Part shown: one piece after another, positions 32,833 through 41,082 of the stretch
How positions within the stretch are numbered: the first letter of the stretch is position 1
Layout: the number at the start of each line of letters is the position of its first letter
Source of the DNA: a virus
Taxonomy: Duplodnaviria > Caudoviricetes
DNA length: 41,209 bases
Reading direction: 5' to 3' (one strand)
Virus record (IMG/VR): IMGVR_UViG_3300043447_000277
Location: 1 to 41,209 of that record
Made by a program: the position numbers and the translations under genes
The notes under the pieces: generated by a model
What the model saw: the letters and a program-made list of their open reading frames with translations, nothing else
Told to the model about the DNA's origin: nothing
Databases searched by the model: none

Positions 32833-34110
32833 TCAGGCCTTGCCGGCCTCGGGGCGGCGCCACGCGCCGGCGAGGTGCGCATTCAGGCGGGCGCGCGGGT
32901 CGGTGTGCTCGCCGGCGTCGTTGCGCGCGCCCGGACGGGGCAGCACGTCGCCGAGGTTCGAGCGCGCCTCGGGGAGCGCGGCGAACACGCCGCGCACGAA
33001 CTCGATCGGGGTGTCGGAGTCGATCCGAACCTCGGGCGCGACGGCGGCGACGACGGCCGCCATGATCTCGCGGGTGCTCGCCTTCGCGTCGAGCACGACC
33101 GAGGGCGCGACCTTGGCGGCCCGCTCGCGGGTCGCGATGCGCTCGGCGACCGCGGCGTCGAGCGCCTCGGCGGCCTTGGCCTCGGTCGAGGCGTCCGCGG
33201 CCGGCGTCGCCGCCGAGTCGGCGGCCTCGCCCCCGGCGGGCTTCTCTTCGGTGCCCGCGTCCGCGGCGGGCTCGGCCGGCGCGGCCTCGCCGAGCGCGGC
33301 GCCCAACTCCATGAGGGAGGCCTGCAAGGCCTCGATCTGCCCGAGAGCCGCGGCGACCATTTCGGCGGCGTCGCCGTCGAGGCGCGCGGCCTTGGCGCCG
33401 ACGCGGATCTGCGCCTGCGCGAGCACGCCGGCGGCGCGCGTGCGGCCCTCGGAAGTCGCGAGCGGGTAGGCCTCGCCGTCGATCCGAAGGATGCGGGCGC
33501 GGGCGTCGAACGTGATCTTGGGGAACATGGGCGGGCGATCCTTTCGGGGAGGTCGGGCGAGGCCAGTATCCATGATCGCCGCACCCGCGTCTAGTCGGAG
33601 GGCAACGTCACGGCCCGCACGCCCCCACCCGACCGGGCCGAGGGCGGCGTGGTTGTAGCGGATCCGGCGTTGGATCTGATCGTAGGCCTCGCCATTCCAC
33701 ACGCCCGGCGTGGGGTCGATCTCCATTTCGTAACCGAGGGAGACCTCGCGTGCGTCGCCGCGCTCGACCTTGCCGATCAGTTCGGCGTCCTGCACGGCGA
33801 GCACGGCGCCTACCATGGTCCCGCCCTCGGGCACGGCGTCGCCGAGAACGTGCCCCCGCGCGTGCGTGCGGAAGTTCTCGGGCGTCACGAGTTCGGGCGG
33901 GTGCAGGTCCGTCACGGGCACGCCGCGCAAGGTCGCGAGTGACTCGGGCGCGAGCACTTCCTCGATCGGGCGCAACTCGCGGATCGTGTTCCCCGCGGTG
34001 TCGCGGTAGGTGAACACGCCCGCGCGCGTGAGCGTCGCCGGCACTTCGAGGCCCCCGAGGGCCGAGCGCCTCGCGGCGCCGATCGCGGCAACGTCGAAAC
34101 GGAAGGGCAC
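32833..34110 (-). CDS. DUF2213-family head maturation protease/scaffold (probable internal scaffold start at ATG 33528)
   Basis: R.GVF.Y, E.R..EEV...SL, P.T..HP, EVS.GY, YD..Q..I..NH.A....GRAG; low-complexity C-terminal half preceded by GAAAGGA. Confidence 0.88.
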   Translation of the reverse strand: MPFRFDVAAIGAARRSALGGLEVPATLTRAGVFTYRDTAGNTIRELRPIEEVLAPESLATLRGVPVTDLHPPELVTPENFRTHARGHVLGDAVPEGGTMVGAVLAVQDAELIGKVERGDAREVSLGYEMEIDPTPGVWNGEAYDQIQRRIRYNHAALGPVGWGRAGRDVALRLDAGAAIMDTGLARPPRKDRPPMFPKITFDARARILRIDGEAYPLATSEGRTRAAGVLAQAQIRVGAKAARLDGDAAEMVAAALGQIEALQASLMELGAALGEAAPAEPAADAGTEEKPAGGEAADSAATPAADASTEAKAAEALDAAVAERIATRERAAKVAPSVVLDAKASTREIMAAVVAAVAPEVRIDSDTPIEFVRGVFAALPEARSNLGDVLPRPGARNDAGEHTDPRARLNAHLAGAWRRPEAGKA

Positions 34111-34116
34111 GGGAAC

Positions 34117-34145
34117 ACGGTATCCCCGACCGGGGAAAGCGTCAA
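34117..34145 (-). promoter_or_regulatory. Sigma70-like leaderless promoter (TTGACG-N17-TACCGT) for head genes, with palindromic spacer
   Basis: -10 ends 6 nt before GTG 34110; spacer contains TCCCC-N4-GGGGA. Confidence 0.65.
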
Positions 34146-35065
34146 TCCGGCAACTCGATCACGGGCACGGCGACGCATCGGCACTGGAAATCCTCGCCCG
34201 GGTGCGCGCGCCGCCCCGTGCGTGTGTCGACGATCGGCGGGCTCGACCACTCGAAGATTCCGCCCTCTAGCTGATAGTGGTTCCCTCCCCCGCCGGGCGG
34301 CGTCGGCCACTTGCCCCCGGGCGTACCGCGGACCCGTTCGTCGCGGGAGGTGCTCCACTCGTAGCGCGTGATCCCCGCTTGGCGATGTCGTAGTTGCGTG
34401 AGTTCGCCGTTCAACTTGAGCACCTGATCGCGCGCGATCAGTTCAGCGCGCGAGGTGCTCACGCCGGCGACCGCCTGCACCTGCGCGCGGATCTCTTCTA
34501 CGCGCAACCCTTGGCGCGCCGCGTTCGTGAGCGTCGAACCGATGCGCGCGCGTAGGTCGTCCGTCATGCGCGTGATCAACGCGACGTTCCCCGCCCTGAA
34601 CAAGTCGAGTTGATCGGCGAGGTGCGGATCGTTGCCGGGCAAGTCGATCCCGATCAACGCCTGGAATTGCCGGTTCAACTCGGTTCGGTTGTGGCGCGCG
34701 GTCTCGGCGCCGAACTCTAGGGCGAGTTGCGCCGTAGGTTTCATGCGCTCGGCGATCAGCACACGCACGTCCCCGAGAATGCGTTCGATCAACTCGACCG
34801 ATACGGCATCGGCGCGGGCGATGCGCGCGTCCGTGCGCGGGAGGGGCGCGGCCTCGGCGATGCGCGGGAGGTACGGATCGAGCACGTCGAGGATCGCGGC
34901 GTCGAGGCCCTCGACCAACTCGCCGAGCGCGAGCGCGTAGCGCGTCGCGATCATGGTCGGGGGCTTGGCGCGCGGGGCCTTGCGCGAGCGGCGCGAGCGC
35001 GACGCCGCGGCGATACGCTTGCGGACCTCGACCTCGGCGGCGTTGATCCGATCAGGGCGCGCCAC
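34142..35065 (-). CDS. Mu gpF / SPP1 gp7-like minor head morphogenesis protein
   Basis: RAELIARDQ..K.N, Y.W.T..DERVR, H..L.G..F.W..PP, PG.DFQCRC.A.P. Confidence 0.92.
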   Translation of the reverse strand: MARPDRINAAEVEVRKRIAAASRSRRSRKAPRAKPPTMIATRYALALGELVEGLDAAILDVLDPYLPRIAEAAPLPRTDARIARADAVSVELIERILGDVRVLIAERMKPTAQLALEFGAETARHNRTELNRQFQALIGIDLPGNDPHLADQLDLFRAGNVALITRMTDDLRARIGSTLTNAARQGLRVEEIRAQVQAVAGVSTSRAELIARDQVLKLNGELTQLRHRQAGITRYEWSTSRDERVRGTPGGKWPTPPGGGGNHYQLEGGIFEWSSPPIVDTRTGRRAHPGEDFQCRCVAVPVIELPD

Positions 35066-35285
35066 GCCGGAACCTCGCGAGGTGCTCGGCGGCGCGTTGC
35101 TCGATCGGCCTCGTGTCGGGCTCGCACCCGTTGCACTCGGGGCACTTGCCGCCCGCCCAACCCTGCGCCGCGAGGCCTCGGGCCGCGCGTTCTTCGAGGC
35201 CCTCGGGGTTGCCCGAGATCAGGCGCGGCGCCTTGCACCCGCACGGGCACACGACGGGAGCCGAGGTGTGCAGTTCGATCGTCAT
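35052..35285 (-). CDS. Small putative zinc-ribbon protein (77 aa)
   Basis: CPCGC...GW..GKCPEC; ATGA overlap with the portal gene. Confidence 0.6.
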   Translation of the reverse strand: MTIELHTSAPVVCPCGCKAPRLISGNPEGLEERAARGLAAQGWAGGKCPECNGCEPDTRPIEQRAAEHLARFRRGAP

Positions 35286-36949
35286 GCCGGCACCATGGGC
35301 GAGAGGAAGAACGAGCGGCCGACTTCGCCGAGGATCTTCTCGGCCTGCGCCGTGTCGATCGGGAATGCGGCCGTGATCAGTTGGATCCCGGTCTCGCGCG
35401 GGATCGAGCGCGAGGCCACGGCCTGAACGATCTGCATGAGGCTCGCGACCTGCGCGCCGTTCAGGGCGGCGCCCGGATCCTTCGCCTCAGGGTCGACCGG
35501 CGCGACCGGCTCGGCGCCCGTGGTCGGCGCAAGGGCCGGCGCCGTGAGCGGCTCGCCGCTCGCCGTCGTCGGGGGTAGCGGATCGGTCCCGCTCGCCGCG
35601 AGGGCCGCGAAGGCCTCGACCGCGGGCGCGTGGTATGACGCATCGATCGACATTTCGTCCTGATAGCCCTCGGGCTTGTACCGCGCGAGCGCGACCTCTT
35701 CGGGCGTGAGCACACCCGACGCGATCCGAATCTGATCGGCCTGCGCGTGTTTCAGTTCGAGGTCGGCGCGCTCGCTCGGCGTGGGCGTCCAAAGGTCGGC
35801 GAACTCCAAGGTCCACCCGACCGGCTCGACGCCGCGCGTCGGTCCCTCGCGCGAGAGGAACACGAGCCGGATCAACTCTTCGAGACGTGGACGGAGGCGA
35901 TCCTCACGCTCGGCGCCGAGCGAGTCGTACCACGATCGGACGTCCATTTCGCCAGTCGCGTTCAGGCCGGCGGGCTCGCGCCCGAGAAGGATCGAGACGG
36001 GGATCCGCGCCGCGGCCGAGAGACGTTGCGCCGAGCGGTCGAGCAACTCGGGCAGGCCCGACATGCTCGTGTCCTTACGCTCGAAACTTTCCTCGTCCGA
36101 ATCGAGTAGAAGCGACCGCGCGACCGAGCGCGAGAGGTCGACCACTTCCATTCGAGCGAGGAGCGCCTCCTTGCCCCCGCTCGTGAGCATGTCGATCAGG
36201 CCCTTGACCTTGAACACGCCTTGCGACGCATCGGAGATCAAGTTCTCGATCGAGGTCCAGTTCGCCGAGAACGTGCGGAGCGCGGTGTGCGCGCGGTCGA
36301 TCGACGATTGCCCCCACCCTTGCCGCTCGCGGCGTAGGCTCGCGCTCGCGCGCTCGCCCTCGAACACGACAAGGCGCGAGGCGTGGACGCGCACGGCCGA
36401 GCCAACGGCGATCGCCGCGCCCGCGGTTCGGTGCGTGTGCCCGAGTTCGTAGACGGTGGGCTTGCCGAAGTTCGAGGCGTAGGGGTTCGACTCCCACGCG
36501 ACCGGGCGCAAGTCGCGCCGGTCGATCGCGAGAAGGAACTCCACGCGGCGCAGGGTCGCGAGGTTCAGCGATTCGGCGATGTTCTGCGCGTCGTCGGCGC
36601 CGACGAACACGGCCGCGCCCCCGTACGTGCGTTCGAGGATCAAGGCGTCGAGGAACCGCGGCACGACTTCGAGCACGCGGAGGGCCTCGGCCGTCGCGGT
36701 CTCGGCCTCGGAGTTCTCCGAGATCCGCACCTTGATCCCGTTGCGGAGCATCGCCTTGGGGGGCGCCTCGGCGATCGTGTGCGCGAGATCGTCGAAATCG
36801 AAGAGGGCTTCGAGCGTCTCGTCCCCGAGGATCCCGCGCCTCTCGAATCGCGTGTGCGTCGCCTTGTCGCGCAGGCCGCCGAGCCCGGTCAATGCGTTGC
36901 GCCACGAATCGACGCGGGCGCGTACCTTGGTCGCGATCTCACTTGGCAC
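35282..36949 (-). CDS. Portal protein (DUF1073-like)
   Basis: DSW.N..TGLG..DK, R.YGG, FG.P..Y, VH.SRL..F.G, WG.S, IP...L.G..PAG.NATGE.D...WYD. Confidence 0.92.
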   Translation of the reverse strand: MPSEIATKVRARVDSWRNALTGLGGLRDKATHTRFERRGILGDETLEALFDFDDLAHTIAEAPPKAMLRNGIKVRISENSEAETATAEALRVLEVVPRFLDALILERTYGGAAVFVGADDAQNIAESLNLATLRRVEFLLAIDRRDLRPVAWESNPYASNFGKPTVYELGHTHRTAGAAIAVGSAVRVHASRLVVFEGERASASLRRERQGWGQSSIDRAHTALRTFSANWTSIENLISDASQGVFKVKGLIDMLTSGGKEALLARMEVVDLSRSVARSLLLDSDEESFERKDTSMSGLPELLDRSAQRLSAAARIPVSILLGREPAGLNATGEMDVRSWYDSLGAEREDRLRPRLEELIRLVFLSREGPTRGVEPVGWTLEFADLWTPTPSERADLELKHAQADQIRIASGVLTPEEVALARYKPEGYQDEMSIDASYHAPAVEAFAALAASGTDPLPPTTASGEPLTAPALAPTTGAEPVAPVDPEAKDPGAALNGAQVASLMQIVQAVASRSIPRETGIQLITAAFPIDTAQAEKILGEVGRSFFLSPMVPA

Positions 36950-38480
36950 GGGCGAGCACCTCTAGGCCCTCACGGTATCGCGTGGCGCCCCTCACGTAAA
37001 GCCGGGCTAGGGCTTGGCTCGCGGCGTCGACCTGATCGTCGTGCGTCGCCTTCGGGAACGTGAGGTGCTCGCCGACGAACTCGGCGATCCACGGCGCGGC
37101 CTCGGGGAGCTTGACGTTCCCCGCCTCCCACAACGGGGCCGAGGCGTTCGCGCGCGAGAACTTCCCGCCTTCGGGCGTCACGAGCACGATCCCGGGGATC
37201 TCCCGTTTCAGCGCATCGGCGACGGCCGGCCCGTTCGCCGCGTTCTCGATCAGTTTCAGGCGCGCCGAAGGGTAGCGTGCCGAGAGGTTGCGGATCTGCG
37301 CGAGCGTCTCGACGAACCCCCAACGCCCGCGCACCTGATCGACGAGGTAGAACTCGCCGCCGTGCGCGGCCCACACCTGCCCGACCACGTAGTCGCCCGA
37401 GGCCGCGGCATCCTTGAACCGAAGATCCCACGACTGGATCCACGTCGCGCGCGCGGGGAGCACCTTCCACCGATGCGCGAACCACGCGGCCCGGAAGAGA
37501 TCGCCGCCCTCGGGGCTCGGCCGTTGTTGCAACTGCGCCGCGGCGACGCTCGATCCGAACTCGCGTTCAAGGTCGGCGACCGCGCCCTCGGGGAAGCGTT
37601 CGGGCCATAGCAGCGCGCCGGGCTCGGTTCGCGGGTCGTTCTGAAACGGCACGCGCGCGCCGTTCCGCAACGTGATCGAGGTCGAGAACCGGCGCGCGGG
37701 TTCGTAGCGCATCGGGAGGATCAAGTGCTCGTAGCCTCCTTCGGCGAGCATGGCGCCGGCGAGGTCGCGCTCGTGTAGACGCTGCATGACGATCACGCGC
37801 CGGCCCGTTTTCGGATCCGCTTGCCGGCTCGCCATGGTCGAGCGCCACCACTCGATCACCTTGTCGAGCGCGGCGCCCTCGACGCCGCCCGCGTTCAACG
37901 TGTCGGCGGGCTTGATCGGATCGTCGACCACTTGCGTATCGGCATGGCGGCCCGTGACGGATCCCTCCGTCGAGGTCGAGAACCGCCACCCGCCGCGCGA
38001 GTTCGCGAAGTCGGTCGCGCTCCGCGTGTTCTGCCGCGGGATCTCGACGTGCGGGAACCTCGCGGCGAACCATGGCGAGTCGACCAAGTTACGCATCCTC
38101 ACGGCGTCGCGGCGCGAGAGGGCCGCGGAGTAGGACGCGAAGATCCACCGATGCGCGGGATCCTCGGTCGCCCATACCCAAGCAGGCCAAAGGACCGAGA
38201 CGGAAAGCGACTTCATGCAACCCGGGGGCATGTTCACGATCAAGCGCCTGATCTGCCCTCGCGTCACCGCTTCGAGGTGCTCGGCGAGCGCGTCAACGTG
38301 CCACCCGGGAACGAACGGCACGGCCTCGATCTCGGCCCACGCCGCGCGCATGAAGGCGCGCAGGCCGCCCGCTTCGATCGCGGCGCGGTCCCGCTCGGCG
38401 CTCGTGTCACTCTTCGATCGCAGGGATCGAAGGCGCACCCGCGCCAAGTCGGCGATCGATGATGCCGAGGATCGTTGCAT
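36939..38480 (-). CDS. terL: Terminase large subunit
   Basis: GWH......HLE, NMPPGCMKS, VVDDP, IVMQRLHE.DL, SWD..FK, IEN.ANG, FP..THDDQVDA.SQAL. Confidence 0.95.
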   Translation of the reverse strand: MQRSSASSIADLARVRLRSLRSKSDTSAERDRAAIEAGGLRAFMRAAWAEIEAVPFVPGWHVDALAEHLEAVTRGQIRRLIVNMPPGCMKSLSVSVLWPAWVWATEDPAHRWIFASYSAALSRRDAVRMRNLVDSPWFAARFPHVEIPRQNTRSATDFANSRGGWRFSTSTEGSVTGRHADTQVVDDPIKPADTLNAGGVEGAALDKVIEWWRSTMASRQADPKTGRRVIVMQRLHERDLAGAMLAEGGYEHLILPMRYEPARRFSTSITLRNGARVPFQNDPRTEPGALLWPERFPEGAVADLEREFGSSVAAAQLQQRPSPEGGDLFRAAWFAHRWKVLPARATWIQSWDLRFKDAAASGDYVVGQVWAAHGGEFYLVDQVRGRWGFVETLAQIRNLSARYPSARLKLIENAANGPAVADALKREIPGIVLVTPEGGKFSRANASAPLWEAGNVKLPEAAPWIAEFVGEHLTFPKATHDDQVDAASQALARLYVRGATRYREGLEVLARAK

Positions 38481-39018
38481 AGGTCTCCCGCGGTAGTTCC
38501 GATTCGAGCGCGTCGAGCACGGCGCCGAGTTCGTTCTCGACTTCGAGGCGCACACGCGCGGCGAACTTCGCCGGATTCATGCGTTCGAGACGCCACGCGA
38601 GCGGGCGCCAATCGCCGCGATCGGTCTCGGTCGTGCGCTCGACTGTCTGCCCCTTCGCGTCGAACTTCTCGCGCGTGCGCGTGGCGGGGCGGCCGTGCGA
38701 TTCGATCAGCGCGACCGAGCGCACCTCGGCCTCGGCGCGGGCTTGCTCGACGGCCGCGGCGAACTGCCCCTCCGGGCTCGCGGGCTTGCGCGCGCCGTCG
38801 TGTAGCCATCGGCGCATTTGGTCGCGACCGACGCCGGCGGCCGCGGCCGCGGTCTCTAGGTAGTTGCCGGCCTTGACGTAGGCGACGATCTTCTCGGCCT
38901 TCACGGCGTCGAACGCGCCGGGCTTCCCGAGCTTCGATCCGTTGCGACTCGCGTTCGGCACGATCTCGCCCTTCTCGACGCGCTCGCGGCGCGCACGCTT
39001 GCGAGGGCTACCCGGCAC
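38407..39018 (-). CDS. terS: Terminase small subunit (HTH-containing)
   Basis: GNY.ETAA..AGV......W, A.A.AE, W...AW.LER..P..F pattern; directly upstream of TerL. Confidence 0.78.
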   Translation of the reverse strand: MPGSPRKRARRERVEKGEIVPNASRNGSKLGKPGAFDAVKAEKIVAYVKAGNYLETAAAAAGVGRDQMRRWLHDGARKPASPEGQFAAAVEQARAEAEVRSVALIESHGRPATRTREKFDAKGQTVERTTETDRGDWRPLAWRLERMNPAKFAARVRLEVENELGAVLDALESELPRETYATILGIIDRRLGAGAPSIPAIEE

Positions 39019-40240
39019 TGCGCACCCGCTCGGCCTTCCCGCCGGTCTCTCGTTCCCATCGCGCGATCACGCCCTCGCACCTGCGCGCGTCGACCTCGAC
39101 CCCGAAGCACACGCGGCCCGTGCGCTCGCACGCGATCAGGGTCGAGCCCCCGCCGAGGAACGGGTCGAGCACGCGCGCGCAGGGATCGGTGTGGCGCTCG
39201 ACGAACCCGATCACGAGGTCGACCGGCTTTGCGGCGTTGTGCTCGGCCTTCTCGGCCGCGCTCGCTCGGTTGTGCCTGATCAGGTTCGGCGCGAACACTT
39301 GGCGGTGTCCGGTGATCTCGGCGCCGCGCATCGTGTGATCGCGCGGTTCCTTCACCATGAAGGCGACGAGTTCGTACGTGTGCGCGTACATCGATCCGAG
39401 GCCGTTCCCCTTGTCCCACACGATCACGTTCTTGACGGCGATCGCGTTGCGTCGCGCGCCTTCCATGGTCGCGGGGAGCGAGCGCCAATCGCAGAACGTG
39501 AGCAGGTGCCCGAACACGGGGAGCACGCGCGCGCACTCGCGGATCAAGTTCTCGAAGAACGGAACCACCATGCGGTCGTCCGCGATGCTCGCGGCAAGGC
39601 CCGTGCTCGACCCGAAGATCGCGTATGGGGGATCGGTGATCACGGCGTCGACCGTGGCGCGCCCGTCGAGCGCGAGCGCGATCCCGCCGTCGAGCGAGTC
39701 GGCGCAGGCGAGCCGGTGATCGCCGAGCGCCCACAAGTCGCCGACCTCGACCGCGCACGCGGCGAGCTTGCCGTTCAGCGCGGCCTCGGAACGCGCGAGA
39801 CGGTCGGCCCGGCTCGCCGAGTGCACGCCCTTGCCCTTCGAGGCCGGCCCCGCGTCGAGGCCCTCGATCAGCGCGGCGAGGTCGGCATCGTCGAACCCGA
39901 CCGCGGCGGGCGCGTCGAGGTCGGCGAGGATCTCGGCGAGCACTTCGCGATCCCACTCGGCGAGTTCGGCCGTGCGATTGTCGGCGACGGCGAAGGCCTG
40001 CGCGGCCTCGGCCGTGCCCTCGAACTCGACCACGGCGATCGAGGTCCACCCGAGGGCGCGGGCCGCTTCGAGCGTGCCGTTCCCCGCGAGCACGACGCCG
40101 GCGCGGTCGACCACGATCGGGCGCACCTGCCCGAACGCCGAGAGGCTCGCGCGGATCGCGTCGAGGTTGCGCGCGTTGTGCCGGCGGGCGTTTCGCGGGT
40201 CGTGCGTGAGCGAGTCGATCGGCACGGTGCGCGGCGTCAT
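39008..40240 (-). CDS. ParB-N domain fused to an amino (N4C/N6A) DNA methyltransferase
   Basis: P.NAR.H, FGQ..PIV, LAGNG, ADNR; GDLW.LGDHRL.C.DS, TDPPY, H.A.KP, LDPFLGGGSTLIA. Confidence 0.9.
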   Translation of the reverse strand: MTPRTVPIDSLTHDPRNARRHNARNLDAIRASLSAFGQVRPIVVDRAGVVLAGNGTLEAARALGWTSIAVVEFEGTAEAAQAFAVADNRTAELAEWDREVLAEILADLDAPAAVGFDDADLAALIEGLDAGPASKGKGVHSASRADRLARSEAALNGKLAACAVEVGDLWALGDHRLACADSLDGGIALALDGRATVDAVITDPPYAIFGSSTGLAASIADDRMVVPFFENLIRECARVLPVFGHLLTFCDWRSLPATMEGARRNAIAVKNVIVWDKGNGLGSMYAHTYELVAFMVKEPRDHTMRGAEITGHRQVFAPNLIRHNRASAAEKAEHNAAKPVDLVIGFVERHTDPCARVLDPFLGGGSTLIACERTGRVCFGVEVDARRCEGVIARWERETGGKAERVRSAG

Positions 40241-40875
40241 CGGGCGTCCCTCCCGTACACGTCGGCGTAGCACCCCAAGGCCGCGAGCACGGCGGCCGAG
40301 TAGGTGCCCCCATGGCGCAACTCGACCACGCGCGCGAGCACGTCGAGCACCTCGGGCCACTCGGCCGCGCTGAACTCCAACGTGAGCGTGTGCGAGGCCG
40401 TCGCCGTGTCGTCGGCGTCGAGGCCTTCGGGATCGAGGTCGAGCGGCGCGGGTTCGGCCGTGAGGCGCGCGATCATGGCCTCGACCTCGCCCGGGGCGTA
40501 CCCCGTGCCGGCGAGGGCGTCGGCGTCGGCGAGTTCGGCGAGCACGGCCGCGAGGCCCTCGCGCTCCCACGTCGCCCGCTCGGCCGTCCGGTTGTCGGCG
40601 ACGAGTAGCGCCTCGGCGTCGAGGCCCGCGAACGGCGCCACGACGGCCGGCACGGCCCAACCCTCGGCGCCCCGGGGTGCGGGCTCGCCGGCGGCGCGCA
40701 GGCGCCGGAGGGCGGCAACGCGGCCGTGCCCGGCGAGGATACGCCGCGCCTCGGCGTCGACCACGATCGCGCCCACGAACCCGAACCGGCGGATCGAGGC
40801 CTCGATCGCGTCGAGGTCGTGCCGGCGGGGGTTGCGCGGCGAAGGGGCGAGATCGTCGAGGGGTACGCGGATCAC
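40237..40875 (-). CDS. ParB/Srx N-terminal domain protein
   Basis: P.NPR.H....I..SI.RFGF...I, ILAGHGR..A, ADNR..E...W; short C-terminal helical domain. Confidence 0.88.
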   Translation of the reverse strand: MIRVPLDDLAPSPRNPRRHDLDAIEASIRRFGFVGAIVVDAEARRILAGHGRVAALRRLRAAGEPAPRGAEGWAVPAVVAPFAGLDAEALLVADNRTAERATWEREGLAAVLAELADADALAGTGYAPGEVEAMIARLTAEPAPLDLDPEGLDADDTATASHTLTLEFSAAEWPEVLDVLARVVELRHGGTYSAAVLAALGCYADVYGRDAR

Positions 40876-40881
40876 GGTGGG

Positions 40882-40911
40882 ATCATGCGGGCGTGAGGGT
40901 GTCGTGGTCAA
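40882..40911 (-). promoter_or_regulatory. Sigma70-like leaderless promoter (TTGACC-N18-CATGAT) for the packaging/late arm
   Basis: -10 ends 6 nt before GTG 40875; no SD. Confidence 0.6.
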
Positions 40912-40957
40912 GCGTGGCGCGCGGTTCGGGCCGAACACGAACGCGACCGTCGAGGGC

Positions 40958-41082
40958 GGGGCACACGGGGCAGGAAACGGGGCACGGCGCCGAACCCAAG
41001 TGCCCCGGGGAGAGGCCTGAAAAACAAGGCGATTCCTCGATCGGGGCAGGAAGTACACTAGGGGTATTCGCGCTAGATCAAA
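40958..41082. other. Left half of candidate replication origin (GGGGCA repeats plus AT-richer core)
   Basis: GGGGCA at 40958, 40967, 40979, 41043; TGCCCC at 41001; core AAGTACACTAGGGGTATT...CTATAT continuing across the junction. Confidence 0.5.

Noticed and set aside
35282-36949. Portal as anti-CBASS Acb1 (a label sometimes attached to DUF1073 proteins)
   Set aside because: No pair of HxT/S 2H-phosphodiesterase motifs recognised; sequence and position fit a plain portal.
10890-39450. Frequent GCGATCGC/CGATCG as cyanobacterial HIP1
   Set aside because: Explained by Ala-Ile-Ala (GCG ATC GCN) codon usage in a CpG-rich, very high-GC genome; no other cyanophage features.
39008-40875. ParB genes as a plasmid-prophage partition system
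   Set aside because: No ParA, no ParB HTH domain and no parS array recognised.
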